From Actinomycetes bacterium (GTDB lineage Bacteria > Actinomycetota > Actinomycetes > JAHEKZ01): a DNA stretch of 37,199 nt. Of this stretch, positions 37,128 through 37,199 are shown piece after piece (the stretch's first letter is position 1; each line of letters begins with the position of its first letter). The notes under the pieces are model-generated. The model was not told where the DNA came from. It was given only the letters and a program-made list of their open reading frames with translations, and did no database searches. The stretch is from contig DASUFV010000072.1 of assembly GCA_036274415.1 (NCBI GenBank), positions 1 through 37,199 of the forward strand, in the 5' to 3' direction. Made by a program: the position numbers and the translations under genes.

Positions 37128-37199
37128 GGCGACGCGTCGGTGGCCGTGCGTCGTCCTCGGCACTCGCTTCGGTAGGGTTTGCTCGTCCGTCCGCGTGTA

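Overview
This is a high-GC actinobacterial chromosomal segment. All calls come from reading the sequence and ORF translations and from recalled motifs; no database search was run. Most of the window is a conserved housekeeping block. In order it holds a partial prolyl oligopeptidase, an HNH protein, a small membrane protein with a DUF5130-like partner, pepN, rpiB and nei. After an accessory stretch come tRNA-Gly/tRNA-Pro, tig, clpP1, clpP2, clpX, valS, folC, a DUF4233 protein and ndk. These are followed by mreB-mreC-mreD-PBP2-rodA, a TIGR03960-type radical SAM protein, its TIGR03936/DUF2344-type partner, RNase E/G, rplU, rpmA, obg, proB and proA. The mreBCD-PBP2-rodA cluster points to a rod-shaped or filamentous lineage (Streptomyces- or Nocardioides-like) rather than Mycobacterium or Corynebacterium. 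The accessory stretch lies between nei and the tRNA pair and holds an Eis-like GNAT, a DinB/DUF664 protein and a two-gene Rieske system. The most interesting signal is non-coding and is hidden under spurious ORFs in the track. A well-formed cobalamin (B12) riboswitch lies on the minus strand at about 9656-9860, directly upstream of the Rieske ferredoxin and Rieske oxygenase operon. I do not recognise that pairing as a described B12-regulon member. The second item worth follow-up is the 173-nt rodA to radical-SAM spacer. It carries five copies (three direct, two inverted) of a CGAGTGCA-centred unit that can form mutually exclusive long helices just upstream of the radical-SAM ribosome-binding site. 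Several orphan ORFs, leaderless-type promoters and small repeats are also listed. I found no CRISPR array, transposase, integrase or rRNA.
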